NCBI GenBank assembly: GCA_965205205.1
Contig: CBDBFX010000002.1
Span: 1,373,506-1,437,505 of the forward strand
DNA: 64,000 bases
DNA from: Arenicellales bacterium
GTDB taxonomy: Bacteria; Pseudomonadota; Gammaproteobacteria; Arenicellales; JAJDZL01
Direction of reading: 5' to 3'
The position numbers and the translations under genes were made by a program. Shown here in pieces: positions 1-10,217 of this stretch (positions within the stretch are counted from its first letter, which is position 1; each line of letters begins with the position of its first letter). The notes under the pieces are model-generated. The model had not been told where the DNA came from, searched no databases, and saw only the letters and a program-made list of their open reading frames with translations.

Positions 1-354
1 TTCAAACAAATATGATTTGCGGGTAAAGCATCCCGTTTGAATGTAACTTCACAACAGGTTGCCCGCGGTCTCCTGGATGGGTGGTGTGCCCATTTAGGAG
101 ATCGCGGGCAACTGCTTTTCTCAGCATCTCGACGAATATAACCTACCACGGAAGCGGGATCAAGGACGTTTTTTTCTGCCGCTGTCAAGCGCGATTTCAA
201 ACTGTTCCCGGGACATGGCTCCGAATCCCGTTTTGTGTACCCTGCGTCGCACAGAACGCACAGCAAATTGGACCACGACACCGTGAGTTAGCTGTCCATG
301 CCCCTCGCTTCCATTATGTTCAATCATCCACCAGACATCACTGAGGTGCTCATT

Positions 355-1412
355 ATGACATCACTTACCAACAAAGATCAACTCCAGGTCATCCATCCAT
401 CCGTGCGCCGCCGGACTAGACATGCACAAAATGCAGATCACCGCCTTGCTCGAAGGACTCGCCCAGCTGAGCGAATTGCTGTGCGGCTTCGGCGTCACCG
501 CCGCAGCCATGGAAGCCACCGTCATCTACTGTCCATGTCCATGCGGACTTGGAACAGGCCGGCATCAAGCCGCTGGTGTTCAACGCCCAGCATGTCAAGC
601 AGATCAAGGGCCGCAAGACCGATGTCGCCGACCGCATCTGGCTGGCACGCATCGGCCCGTTCGGTCTCGGCCGACCCAGCTTCGTGCCGTCGCCTGAGTT
701 CCGCGAACTGCGCGACGTGCCACACAAGTGTCGCCAGCTGGTGCACGATTGAGCGCGCATCCGCAACCGCATCCATCAGACCCTGGACCGCGCCGGCCTG
801 TGCATCGGCGGTATCCTCTCCGACCTGTTCGGAGTCAATGGCCAGCGGATCATTGAAGAGCTTATCCGCGGTCGCTCGCCACAGGCGATCATCGATTCGC
901 TGTCCGCTCATGTCGAGCGGCACCGTCACGAGCTGGGCGACGCACTGAATACCGAGTTGACCGACTGCACCCGCTTCCTGCTCGAGGAAGACTTCACCTC
1001 CTGGCAGTAGCTGAACGACCGGATCCGGCGGTTCGACGAGTTCATCGAATACCGCCTGGGCCGACCTGTTTCCCGGCAACAACAAAAGCGCCGGCAAACG
1101 CCGCGCCAGACGCACCTGCGCGGCATTCTCATCAAGTGCGCCTTGGCCGCCGCCCGAACCAAATACAGCCAGTTCAACAGCTATCACCGCCACCTGAAGA
1201 TTCGACGCGGCTACCGACGCACCACGGTCGCCACCGCCCATAAGATGCTGCGAGCCGTCTACTGCATACTTAAACATGGCGAGTGCCATCGAGACCCGAA
1301 GGTCGACTACGAGGCGGCCATGGTGCAAAGCAACGCCTCGGGTTGGCTGCGGATGCTGCGCCAACATGGCTACACGCCAACACCTGAAATCCAGCCTGCG
1401 ATGGCCACCTGA
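355..1412 (+). pseudogene. IS110-family transposase, degraded
   Basis: One frame carries IS110 hallmarks (NAQHVKQIKGRKTDVADRIWLARI; C-terminal VATAHKMLRAVYCILKHG). It is broken by in-frame TGA at 750-752 and TAG at 1008-1010, by an N-terminal frameshift (ORFs 422..697 vs 549..752), and by apparent internal deletions. Confidence 0.8.
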
Positions 1413-1688
1413 ACGACACGCCAACCACGACCTTCACTGACTGAACGATCACCTGAACTCGCAGCCGATGGAGAGATGGGCCAGATTAACGGGAACATCC
1501 TCCAATCCCCTTCAGACTGCGACCGGAGCTGTTGTTTATAATTTCCAACCCTAGTTGGTCGGACGGCTCCACGCGCCTATAATCCAGAGAAGTTACACAG
1601 CAAATTAAGACAGCGAAATTGCCTCGGAATTCAACGGAATGCCTAATAATATCTTTCTGTCTACGCGATGTAATTTGGAATACGCACT

Positions 1689-2069
1689 ATGACAATTTTT
1701 CCAATATTGAGAATTTATGCTAAGTTGGCCACAGTCATAATAATAGCAGTGTTAGCGTGGCCAGCAACATCATTCGGTAATGAATACCAAGAACTCATTG
1801 AATGTTTTTTTAATAACGACGCATCCCCTGAAACATGTAAGTCTTTAGAGAACGAATTTGTAAAAGTGGAGATGGAAGATGAAAAAGAGGATAGTTTGGG
1901 CATCATTGATTCAGGGCGAATTGACTACGAGAAGATGTCTGGTAAATCTTACTGGTCTGAGTGGCCAATTTTTGGGAGTCCGTCGGCTGCGGACCTCCTT
2001 ATTGAGCAATTGAAGGAATACGATAAATCTTTACTTCAGAGTCAGACTAGCGTCTCACCGCACTTCTAA
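1689..2069 (+). CDS. small secreted hypothetical protein
   Basis: 126-aa ORF in AT-rich DNA. N-terminal hydrophobic signal-like segment (VIIIAVLAWPATSFG/NE) followed by an acidic mature part. No family recognised. Confidence 0.45.
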   Translation: MTIFPILRIYAKLATVIIIAVLAWPATSFGNEYQELIECFFNNDASPETCKSLENEFVKVEMEDEKEDSLGIIDSGRIDYEKMSGKSYWSEWPIFGSPSAADLLIEQLKEYDKSLLQSQTSVSPHF

Positions 2070-2245
2070 TGTTGGATAGAAAAATCTTTAGATTGAGATG
2101 ATCACTGTGCGTATCCTGCTAAGATTCTTGAAAAAAATAACGGCAAGTTACATTTGAGGAGGCACAAATTAGTTTCTAATATTACTTATGCAGTTATCGA
2201 ATTCAATTCTAATTTTTGTCGCTACAATAGTCTCTGGAGTAGTTA

Positions 2246-4080
2246 GTGTCTGCCAGAAAACCCCCATTTTCGCATGAAATGTCCGGTGATGTTGATTTTC
2301 TGAAGCCTCGAATCAAGAAGAAAATGGATGGCTGAGGGTTTGGGGAGAGAAGATTTCTGAACATTCGGCCGTTTTGCACCGATTGGCACGCTTTTTCCGT
2401 CAGTCGGGCGGCGAATGCCGAATTCGGCCCATAGGTCTCCATCCAGTCCCTCTGGCGGGACCGGTTCAACACCTCTTTTGACCAGCCGCCGCCGTCAGGC
2501 GGCCCGCTTCAGCTTCCGCCGCTCCCGCTCCCGCAACTCGTCGCGCACCATCACCCCATACCGATGCACGTTGTAAGCCAGCACCGACCGCGCCACCGTG
2601 CGCGCAAAGCCCGCCGCACCATGACTGCGCACCCGCACCAGACCCCGATGCCGCAGACTGTTGATCGCCGACTCCACCGCCGGATGCTGACGACGCGACT
2701 CGCGGAACCACGCCTGCTCCTCCCGCTCCCGCACCGCCTGCGAACGCCGTCCCTTGACCGGCAGCACGCAGTAAGTCAGCAGCTTCTGCAACTGCCGCTG
2801 CACCGTCGGACTGTGAAAGCCGCGGTCGAAACTGCACTTCTCCAACTGCGGATGACGCCGCAGCGTCTCCTTGATCACCGGCACCGCATGGTCCACATCA
2901 CTGCCCTCCCACATCACCTTCTGAGACAGGATCAGCTGATACTGATCCTCGACGATGCACACCGGCACCCCCAACTCCACCGCCACCCCCGCTTTGCCCT
3001 TGACGATCCACCGGGTGTGCGGCTCGAACACCGAAAAGATCTTCTCCGAGTGTGGAATCTGCTCGCCGCGCTGCAGCCGCCGCACCACCTGATCCGACAG
3101 CTTCTCGGCGTAGCCGATGAAGGTGACCACCTCGTCCAGCAGCCCACCCGACACCCCCTGCCGCATCAGCTGGTCCCGCGTCTCACACACCCGCGCCACC
3201 ACCCCGTCGCACCACCTCAGATACTTTTCCAAAGCTGCCGGGTCCGCCTTCGCCTGCTTCGCCTTACGGATGCCGTTGTACAGCCCGCGCAGCTTTCGCT
3301 GCAGATGTTTGTACTGCCGCCACCCGGACACCTGATGACACGCCTGCGCCTGATGCATCAGACCCAGCAGCCGGCGCGTCGTATCATTCAGCAGCCCGGT
3401 GTCGGTCGGGTAATGCACGTCCGTCTGCGCCACGAACGAATCGCAGCGGCCTTCCAACGCCTCGCCCGGCTGATGACCCGCTCGCCGGTGCGCCGCCTCC
3501 ACCACCAGCTGCGACACCTGGTCCAGCAGTTCCGCACTGAACAGATTCACATTGTCCATCACCTGCTGCAGCGTGTACGGCGGCTCCATCCATGAGCCAT
3601 GACCCAGCATCAGCTGCAGTTTATTATGGTTGGCCACCAGATCATGTAGCCGATCAAAATCGCAGTTCAACGCCTGCTTGACCATCGCCATCACCAGTCC
3701 CGACCACAGCGCCATGCCCGGGCGGCCGTTGTTCAGGTCCACCCCCGGCAGCGCCTCCGTCTCCAGCAGCGCGAACAGCCGCTCTCTCACCTGCGGGTCG
3801 CTGTACAGCGCCTGCAGACCCAGCAGCGCCGCCGGCATGTCGTCGCGCGAGTGGTGATCGATCTCAATGGCCATGATGTCGATGCCGCCCAGTTCGAGAT
3901 TCGGGTTGATGATGTCTCTCATTGCTTGTCTGCCTGGCGAAGATTGGGTGAAAAGTCGGCGAATCGGCTGAAATCGCCCCTTTTTCAGGGCAAAAGGCCA
4001 ATTCTTCGCTCACAATTATACGATATTATTCACATGATATCAGATAATTATCTCACTTTTTCGAGTTTTCTTGCAGACAC
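2246..4080 (-). mobile_element. IS-C copy 1 (ISNCY/IS5-superfamily-like IS)
   Basis: Inverted termini GTGTCTGC(C/A)AGAAAAC at both ends. Flanked by a 6-bp direct repeat TAGTTA (2240-2245 and 4081-4086). One of four copies in the window. Confidence 0.85.
2495..3922 (-). CDS. DDE transposase of IS-C (475 aa)
   Basis: Full-length ORF with three paralogues in the window. Motifs QTDVHYPTDTGLLND, SFDRGFHS and HPAVESAINSLRHRGL resemble IS5/ISNCY-type DDE transposases. The family assignment is from memory only. Confidence 0.75.
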   Translation of the reverse strand: MRDIINPNLELGGIDIMAIEIDHHSRDDMPAALLGLQALYSDPQVRERLFALLETEALPGVDLNNGRPGMALWSGLVMAMVKQALNCDFDRLHDLVANHNKLQLMLGHGSWMEPPYTLQQVMDNVNLFSAELLDQVSQLVVEAAHRRAGHQPGEALEGRCDSFVAQTDVHYPTDTGLLNDTTRRLLGLMHQAQACHQVSGWRQYKHLQRKLRGLYNGIRKAKQAKADPAALEKYLRWCDGVVARVCETRDQLMRQGVSGGLLDEVVTFIGYAEKLSDQVVRRLQRGEQIPHSEKIFSVFEPHTRWIVKGKAGVAVELGVPVCIVEDQYQLILSQKVMWEGSDVDHAVPVIKETLRRHPQLEKCSFDRGFHSPTVQRQLQKLLTYCVLPVKGRRSQAVREREEQAWFRESRRQHPAVESAINSLRHRGLVRVRSHGAAGFARTVARSVLAYNVHRYGVMVRDELRERERRKLKRAA

Positions 4081-4086
4081 TAGTTA

Positions 4087-4192
4087 GTGTCTGCCAGAAA
4101 ACAATCTATTTTCGCATGAAATGTCCGCCGATGTTGATTTTTTAACAGCTCGATTCCAGCAGAATGTTGATGGGTGAGGGCTCGGTTCGAGA
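4087..4192 (-). mobile_element. relic of a diverged IS-C-like right arm, part 1
   Basis: Starts with GTGTCTGCCAGAAAAC and aligns with the IS-C right arm (ATTTTCGCATGAAATGTCCG..GATGTTGATTTT). Interrupted by IS-E at 4198. Confidence 0.6.
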
Positions 4193-4197
4193 AATTT

Positions 4198-5438
4198 CAG
4201 ACTTCCTGACATGGTAAGCGACCTCAGCGGTGGTTCACGGATGGACAGGTCTGTCAAATCAGTGGTTTAACGTTCTCCAGCTGCGGCTTTCTCCCGATCG
4301 GGCCGTCCAATATGGCCAGCTCCATAAATCTCTCGCCACAGATTCGATCATGATACCTCAGTGTCCGTCGGCCGGGGGTTGAAATCACCGGTTGACACCC
4401 TGGCCGCCGCCCGCTAGCCGGCGGCATCTGGACCATCCCATCACGCCGGTGGTCGGCGGCTGTCGGTCGGCGGTGCGGTTGAAAAAGAGCGCAGAAAAAG
4501 TGAAAAAAAGTCCTCCGCATCGGCCGGCTGCAGTATAATTAAGATTATAATCATTTATACATTATAACAGGATTCCGACATGCTTTACAAAGACGCCATC
4601 CAGCAGCCCCTGGAACTGATTCCCGCGCAGGCGACGCACATCTGCGGACCGTTCTCCTTCGTGGTCAACCGGGGCATGACCTACTACTACAACTACCTGT
4701 CGCCGGTCGACTGCCATCCGCGCGATGACCGCCCGGCCATGCTGCTGCGCAGTCATGTCCGCGTCGGCGACCTGCCGGTCGAACGGCAACCCGAAGCGCT
4801 ACCGCCGGCCAAGCGGCTGTTCACCGATCTGGTGCGCATGATCGGCTACCGCGCCGAGACCCGCATGATGCCTTTGGTGGGCGGCGACAGCGCCGACCAG
4901 CCCACCGCCCGCCGGCTGCTGCGCACGCTACTGTCCGCCGATGCCAACCTCATCCCCGATGACTCGCAGAGCGTGCTGCGCGTGGAGCTGCTCGGCCTGG
5001 CCAATGGCGCCACCGAACGGGCGCTGCGGCCGGTGCTTGACGAACTGAACCGCAGCCGCACCTGTTATCCCGGCACCGAGCTGCGAATGGTTTACGACAT
5101 CGCCCGCTGACCGTCGCCTCGCCGCCGCAGGGCGGCGAGTGGCACTTCGGCCGACGACGGCCGACACACCCGAAACCGACCCCTCAGCGGCCGCCGTTCA
5201 TCCGGCGGTCGGATCGCGACGGCCGTCTCGACACCACCGATTCAGCTCCCAGCCGGCGACCCGACTTCGCACCACCCCGCGGCATCGGCCATCAGCGCCG
5301 TGGCGATGGCGCCGTCGCTGAAAATTCAGGTCAAGACTGCGCGGAATCCAAGTGTTGAAAATCGACGCAGATGGACGCCTCAGTCCGCTTCGCAGGTGAA
5401 AAATCGATCATAATAATTGGCTTAGGTCAGGAAGTCTG
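4198..5438 (+). mobile_element. IS-E: 1241-bp element with 13-bp terminal inverted repeats
   Basis: CAGACTTCCTGAC at 4198 and its reverse complement ending at 5438. 5-bp direct repeat AATTT (4193-4197 and 5439-5443). A shorter copy lies at 39538..40161 and a left-end fragment at 26588..26661. Confidence 0.7.
4580..5110 (+). CDS. 176-aa ORF carried by IS-E, possibly a transposase-derived C-terminal domain
   Basis: The only sizeable ORF inside IS-E. The tail (FTDLVRMIGYRAETRMM ... LDELNRSRTCYPGTELRMVYDI) resembles C-termini of uncharacterised putative transposases. No DDE triad is recognisable. Confidence 0.35.
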   Translation: MLYKDAIQQPLELIPAQATHICGPFSFVVNRGMTYYYNYLSPVDCHPRDDRPAMLLRSHVRVGDLPVERQPEALPPAKRLFTDLVRMIGYRAETRMMPLVGGDSADQPTARRLLRTLLSADANLIPDDSQSVLRVELLGLANGATERALRPVLDELNRSRTCYPGTELRMVYDIAR

Positions 5439-5443
5439 AATTT

Positions 5444-5584
5444 GCTGAAAAACCAGTCGTTGTCTGCCGCTTCGCCCGCTTTATTAGCCCGTCGACCGGC
5501 ACGGACCGAAAGCGGCCCATAGGCCACCATCCAGTCCCGTTGGCGATACCGGTTCACCTCCCCCTTGGCGCGCCCGCCGCCGTC
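5444..5584 (-). mobile_element. relic of a diverged IS-C-like right arm, part 2
   Basis: Continues the IS-C right-arm homology (CCCATAGG.C.CCATCCAGTCCC...GCCGCCGTC) after the IS-E insertion. Cut off by an IS-B-like end at 5585. Confidence 0.55.
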
Positions 5585-5640
5585 CTCACAACATCCCACA
5601 TATGAATCTACTCATTCTGGACCATGCACCGCCTTCTGAC
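5585..5640 (-). mobile_element. IS-B-like terminal fragment
   Basis: CTCACAACATCCCACA.ATGAATCTA.TCATTCTGGA.CATGC matches the right terminus of IS-B (compare 33477 onward and 37330-37373). Truncated after about 56 bp. Confidence 0.7.
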
Positions 5641-5710
5641 TTAACTTCCAGAGCATGGGTGCTTATTACTTATTGATAATAATAAGCATATTTGAAATAT
5701 TGACTGTCTA

Positions 5711-6463
5711 CTACTGGACACACTTCACGCGCACTCCCAACAGCCTGAACGCTTCCTTCTGCCACCGCGTCGGACTCGTCGTCATCCACAGCTCATCGGT
5801 CATGCCCGGCAGATCCAAATGCACCAGATGACGCTGCAGGATGCCCAGGGTGCCCAGCAGACCCGACCAGACCTGCACGTCATAGTCCTGACTGTTTTTC
5901 TTCCGCGCCGCCGATGCCGACACCTTGGCCGCCGACACCACCGAGTCCCGCTGTGGTTCACCCTCGTCCTCGAACAGCAGCGGCGCCAGCCGTCGCCGCA
6001 TGTGCCATTCGACATGGTACGCCAGCATGCACAGGAACACGTGGGCGCGCACCCGCGCCTCGGTGTAGTGATACACCGGTCGAACCTTCAGGTCCACCGT
6101 CTTCAGGCAGCGGAAGGCGCGCTCGACGCGACTCAGGCTCTTGTACGAGCGCACCAGGCCTTGCGCATCCAGCTGTTCGGCCGGCACCCGGGCGCGCACC
6201 ACATACAGGCCATCCAGCGCCGCCTCGGCGGCAATCCCCGCCGCATCGCGCCGCCAGGTGAAATGATCGTCGCCGATGTCCAGCTCGAAATGCTTCTCCA
6301 TCCGGTGGCGGCCAATCACCTGGCCCACTCGAAGCGCAATCCGGGCCGCACCCCGAACGAATCCCGCAGCCGTTCAATCTGTGAGCCGACCGTGCTCGGA
6401 TCGGCCACATTGCCGGCGAACACCTCCACCGCCACCGGACAGCCGTCACCATCGCACATGAGT
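5711..6463 (-). pseudogene. IS1634-family transposase (type A), C-terminal portion, internally deleted
   Basis: KHFELDIGDDHFTWRRD..EAALDGLYVVR...YKSLSRVERAFRCLKTVDLKVRPVYHY..RVRAHVFLCMLAYHVEWHMR is a typical IS1634 C-terminus. Upstream DGDGCPVAVEVFAGNVADPSTV runs up to the RIT junction. A large central part is missing and a frameshift is present. Confidence 0.8.
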
Positions 6464-6569
6464 CCTTATGTTATGTACGAAATTATGTCAAGTACGGTTG
6501 TAAAGGCAAGGTGGAGCTTGGACTTCATGAGATTTTACTTAACATAATATTTCGCATGGCAGGTGCTGC
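6464..6569. repeat. RIT terminal inverted repeat, left
   Basis: CCTTATGTTATGTACGAAATTATGTCAAGTACGG...CATGGCAGGTGCTGC is the exact reverse complement of 12608..12713. Confidence 0.9.
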
Positions 6570-6721
6570 ACAACCTGCTTTCCATCCGCTCAAAGAGACA
6601 TCAAAAAGGCCATCAGCCCCGGTGAGACGGTGTGTGTCCCCGCAGGACCGGTTCCGGCCACCTGACACTTCGCCATCGCTTCGGTCTTCATCTGCAGATC
6701 GATCTCGGCATAGATGTGGGT

Positions 6722-9330
6722 CTGTCACGAAGTCACACGTAACACAGTGATGTCGCGCCTTTGCAATCGGAAGGCAAGGGATCGGCCCTTTCAGGCCTGT
6801 TTTTCGTAGTGGCTTGGCGGTGAGGGGACGGTGCGGGCCGTGGGGAGTCGGTGGCGGTTGTCGCGGGTGGTGCGCCGAGTCGGATGAGGGTTTTTTCGGC
6901 CCGCGCGGCCGTCTCGGCCGGTCGGACCGAGAGCGGTTGGCGGCCGGTTGGTGCCGGCCGCGCGGCCGGCGTCAAGAACGCCGGCTCGGTCGTCTTCGAC
7001 GCGGCCGGGACTCGTCTTCAACGGCGGCCTGATAGCCGAGCAGGCCCACTGCAGATAGCGCAGACCGCTCCACAGTTTCTGTGCCCCCGGCAGCGGTTGC
7101 CGACGCGACGGTCGGAAGCCGGCGAAGCGGGCCGCATCAATGACAAAGGTGCGGATGTCAAGCGCGCCCGCGGGCGGGCCGCGCGGATGTCGGATGCGCA
7201 CCCGGCGCAGACAGGCATAGAGCACCTCGATCTGCTCGCCGGTGACGAACTGCTCGGCCGGGCACTCCGGCTGATGGCGGGCGGCCCGCTGCAGGGCGAA
7301 CACCTGCCAGGCGGCAATGGCATCGAAGCACAGACACTTGCACAGGTCTTCGGCCGCATCAAGCTGCCGATCCTCGATGCGGGTGCCAGTCTTGAGCACC
7401 CGAAAGTACTCCTCAATGCTCCAGCGGCGCTGATACCAACCTTGGATGCGTTGCGCCCACTCGGCCGTGGTCTCGCCCTCGGAACACAGCAGCAGCCAGT
7501 GCAGCGGCGGGCGGCCGTCTTCCGGTGCCGCGTCGCTCACCCGCACCGCCGTCAGCGTCAGGTGGGACGGCTGCTCGCCGCGCGGCGCACACACGCGCAC
7601 CCGCGCGATCTGTAGGTTCACCGACACGGTCCGATGGCCGCGGGCGTGCGCCCCGCCACGGGCCTGAACCGCCACCTCGGTCGTGGCGCACGGCGCCAGT
7701 GAGGCCAGGTAGTCTTCCAGCAGTGGCGTCTCATCGCCGACCTGCACCCGCCGCCGATTCCCCGCGGCCACCCGCACCAACAGACCGGCGGTCGGTTCCA
7801 CCGCCTGGCGCGCATACAGCGCCCACAGGTCCGCCTCGCGGTCGCCCACCGTCACCACCCGCCTGTCGCCATCGGCCCGCCCCAGCTCCGCCGTGCGCTC
7901 GAAGCCGCGCAGCCACCGACCACTTTCCTTCTTGGCGCCGGCCGCCGCCCGCCGCGCGGTCTTTGGCCCCGGCGCCCGAAAATCCGCTTCCACATCCAAC
8001 ACCCCCAACGGCTGACCCGTCTGCGTCAGCACCAGCAGCACATGGGCCACCACCCCCACACTGCCCGAACCGCCGCCACCAATCGCCACCAGACCGGCGG
8101 TCGAGTCGCGCAGCGTCTGGTAGTTCAGCACCGTGGTGTCCTGCACCACCAGCACCGTCCCGTCCGCCTCGCCCACCCGCTGCACCGTCATCGCCTGATG
8201 ACTCTCCAGCACATCGGCCGAACTGACCCGGGCATTGGACAGCAGCCGATAGGCCGCCCGCTGATCCGCCGGTTCCGGAAAAATCTCCGCCACTGGCGCC
8301 CCCGGCCGCTGCTGCCAGCACCGACCCATCTCGATCAGACGCTGCCGCAGACGACCATCCGTCAGACCGTTCCCACCGAACTCCCGGGTCGCCCAGTCGC
8401 CCGCCGCATGCCGCGCCGGACCCACCGGCAACGTCCGCACCGGCGCCGCCTGCAGCGTCGCCTGCCACCCCGCCACCAGCGGCCTCATCCACACCGTCCG
8501 CCGCACCCCCTCGCCACCACTCGGCGAGCGACCCGACGTCTGTCCGGCACACGACCATCCCGCCGCCCGATAACAGGTCCCCGCATGCGCCGGGCCCACA
8601 TACGTATACGTCAGCACCACCGTCTCCCGATGACGCCGCCACCAGGCCGCCGGCAACGCCGCCACCGCCTGACCCAACACATGCGACGCCAGATTCGCCA
8701 CCCGCACCCCTGGCAACAGTAAAAAACGATGATGGTTCACCACCTGATGAAGGTTCGCCACCCGCGCCCGCGCACCCCAGCCGATGAACCGGTCGCGCGC
8801 CTGCTGATGCCACCCCGCCGCCACAAATCCGATGCCACCCAACACCCCATGACGTTCGCTGTGAATCAGCCAGCACAGCTGCTTGCCCGGATGCCGCGGC
8901 TCCCCCTCCGGATGATGCCAGGCCATCAGCGCCCGAAACGGCACGCTGGTTGCCTCATCGACCACCGGCACCAAAGTCACCGCCCCCAAATCCGCCAGCG
9001 ACCCCGACACGCAGACCACCGGCGGCGCTGGCAACCCGGCCGCCGAACGCAACGGTGCCGACCGCACCGGCGCCGGCAGCTTGACGTCCAGCCGCAACGC
9101 CAGCGTCGGCAACACCTTTCGGGCCGACGACTCACACAGCTCGCCCTTCGCATTGCGCCAGTCCAGCCGTTCACACAGCTGCGACGCCAACTGCGTCCGC
9201 GAGGTCTCGCCCCCGACCACCGCCTGCCGGAACCAAGCTACCGTCTCTTTGTCATATTGTCGCATGCCGATTTGCATGCCACATAATTTAGCAGATTATT
9301 TTCTTCGTGTCAAGTGTGGTTTGTTGACAG
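6722..9330 (-). mobile_element. IS-A copy 1 (Tn5/IS4-like, 2609 bp)
   Basis: Termini CTGTCACGAAGTCACACG (6722) and the reverse complement of CTGTCAACAAACCACACTTGA (ending 9330). 9-bp TSD GATGTGGGT (6713-6721 and 9331-9339). Inserted in the 3' end of ritC. Confidence 0.9.
6791..9277 (-). CDS. IS-A transposase: DUF4338-like N-domain fused to a Tn5-type DDE domain; 3' frameshift variant (828 aa)
   Basis: C-half motifs: YRLLSN, VVQDTTVLNY, VGDREADLW, YQRRWSIEEYFRVLKTG (Tn5/IS50 type). N-half: RDRFIGW..NLHQVVNHHRFLLLPGVRVANLAS..GTCYRAAGW. A 1-nt deletion relative to copies 2 and 3 (GGGCCTGC vs GGGCCCTGC near 7047) replaces the last ~25 aa with an 85-aa tail. Confidence 0.85.
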   Translation of the reverse strand: MQIGMRQYDKETVAWFRQAVVGGETSRTQLASQLCERLDWRNAKGELCESSARKVLPTLALRLDVKLPAPVRSAPLRSAAGLPAPPVVCVSGSLADLGAVTLVPVVDEATSVPFRALMAWHHPEGEPRHPGKQLCWLIHSERHGVLGGIGFVAAGWHQQARDRFIGWGARARVANLHQVVNHHRFLLLPGVRVANLASHVLGQAVAALPAAWWRRHRETVVLTYTYVGPAHAGTCYRAAGWSCAGQTSGRSPSGGEGVRRTVWMRPLVAGWQATLQAAPVRTLPVGPARHAAGDWATREFGGNGLTDGRLRQRLIEMGRCWQQRPGAPVAEIFPEPADQRAAYRLLSNARVSSADVLESHQAMTVQRVGEADGTVLVVQDTTVLNYQTLRDSTAGLVAIGGGGSGSVGVVAHVLLVLTQTGQPLGVLDVEADFRAPGPKTARRAAAGAKKESGRWLRGFERTAELGRADGDRRVVTVGDREADLWALYARQAVEPTAGLLVRVAAGNRRRVQVGDETPLLEDYLASLAPCATTEVAVQARGGAHARGHRTVSVNLQIARVRVCAPRGEQPSHLTLTAVRVSDAAPEDGRPPLHWLLLCSEGETTAEWAQRIQGWYQRRWSIEEYFRVLKTGTRIEDRQLDAAEDLCKCLCFDAIAAWQVFALQRAARHQPECPAEQFVTGEQIEVLYACLRRVRIRHPRGPPAGALDIRTFVIDAARFAGFRPSRRQPLPGAQKLWSGLRYLQWACSAIRPPLKTSPGRVEDDRAGVLDAGRAAGTNRPPTALGPTGRDGRAGRKNPHPTRRTTRDNRHRLPTARTVPSPPSHYEKQA

Positions 9331-10217
9331 GATGTGGGTGGTGTTGAGACTGACATGTCCGAGCCAGGCGCGGATGGTGTTGAGGTCCACACCGGAGCGG
9401 AGCAGATGGCAGGCACAGGTGTGGCGCAGCATATGCGGGGTCACCTTCCTGCCCTGCAGCGCCGACACGCGTTCGGCGCAGCGCCGGACCAGGAAACCGA
9501 GTCCATGGCGCGTGTATGGTCGCCGATTCCGGTTGAGAAAAACGGGCTCGTCGGTGGCACGGTCTGTCACCAGATCGGCCAGCACCTTTGCGGTGCTGTT
9601 CCACAGCGGGCACTGCCGTCGGCGGCCCCCTTGCCCTGCAGGGTTACGAGCGCATTGGTGGCGCCGTCGGAGCCGAGCTCGAGGTCGTTTACCTTCAGCG
9701 CCGCCGCCTCGGAGACGCGGGCCCCAGTATTGTACAGGAACAGCAGCACCGCGTATTCGGTGCGCCCGCCCGGCCGCCGCCGGTCAGGTGATTCGAGCAG
9801 GGCCTGCATCTGCGTGCGGTCCAGCCAGTCGACGGTATTGTGAATCGCCTTTTTCTGTGGGATGGCGCGTATCTGCGCACACCAGTCCAGCTGGGCGGGC
9901 TCGCGGCTGGCCACGAAACGGGCGAAGCTGCGGATGGCCGTCAGCCGCTGATTGCGGGTGCGCACCGAACAGCCGCGCGATTCCAGATGGTCGAGAAAGC
10001 CGCGCACCTGATCCGCGGTGACATCCGCCACCTTCAGGCGTTCCGTCGGCGTTCGCAGCCGGCCGCTGAGGAACGGCAGCAGCAGTACGAAAGTGTCGCG
10101 GTAGCTGCACCGGGTGTTGTAGGTCAGGTTGCGTTCGGTAACCAGATGTTCGGTCAGAAACCGTCGCAGCCAGAAGCCTAGAGTATGGGTGTCACTCATC
10201 ATCGTCTCCTGCGGCAT
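9331..10217 (-). pseudogene. ritC: third RIT tyrosine recombinase, disrupted
   Basis: Phage-integrase motifs (HMLRHTCACHLLRSGVDLNTIRAWLGHVSLNTTHI). A frameshift near 9585-9640 splits it into ORFs 9567..10217 and 9310..9585. IS-A copy 1 detaches the last 43 codons (YAEIDLQMK...), which lie at 6590..6721. Confidence 0.8.

Noticed and set aside
6791-7050. The 828-aa IS-A transposase as a distinct longer isoform.
   Set aside because: It is explained by a single-nucleotide deletion relative to the two 768-aa copies. The extended tail is Pro/Arg/Gly-rich out-of-frame sequence.
7731-8876. Long antisense or alternative-frame ORFs inside IS-A. Examples: the 381-aa Gly/Ala-rich ORF 7731..8876; the Pro/Arg-rich ORFs 7525..8226 and 8042..8722; and their equivalents in copies 2 and 3.
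   Set aside because: They overlap the well-supported transposase frame completely, have low-complexity composition typical of GC-rich shadow frames, and match no motif I recognise.
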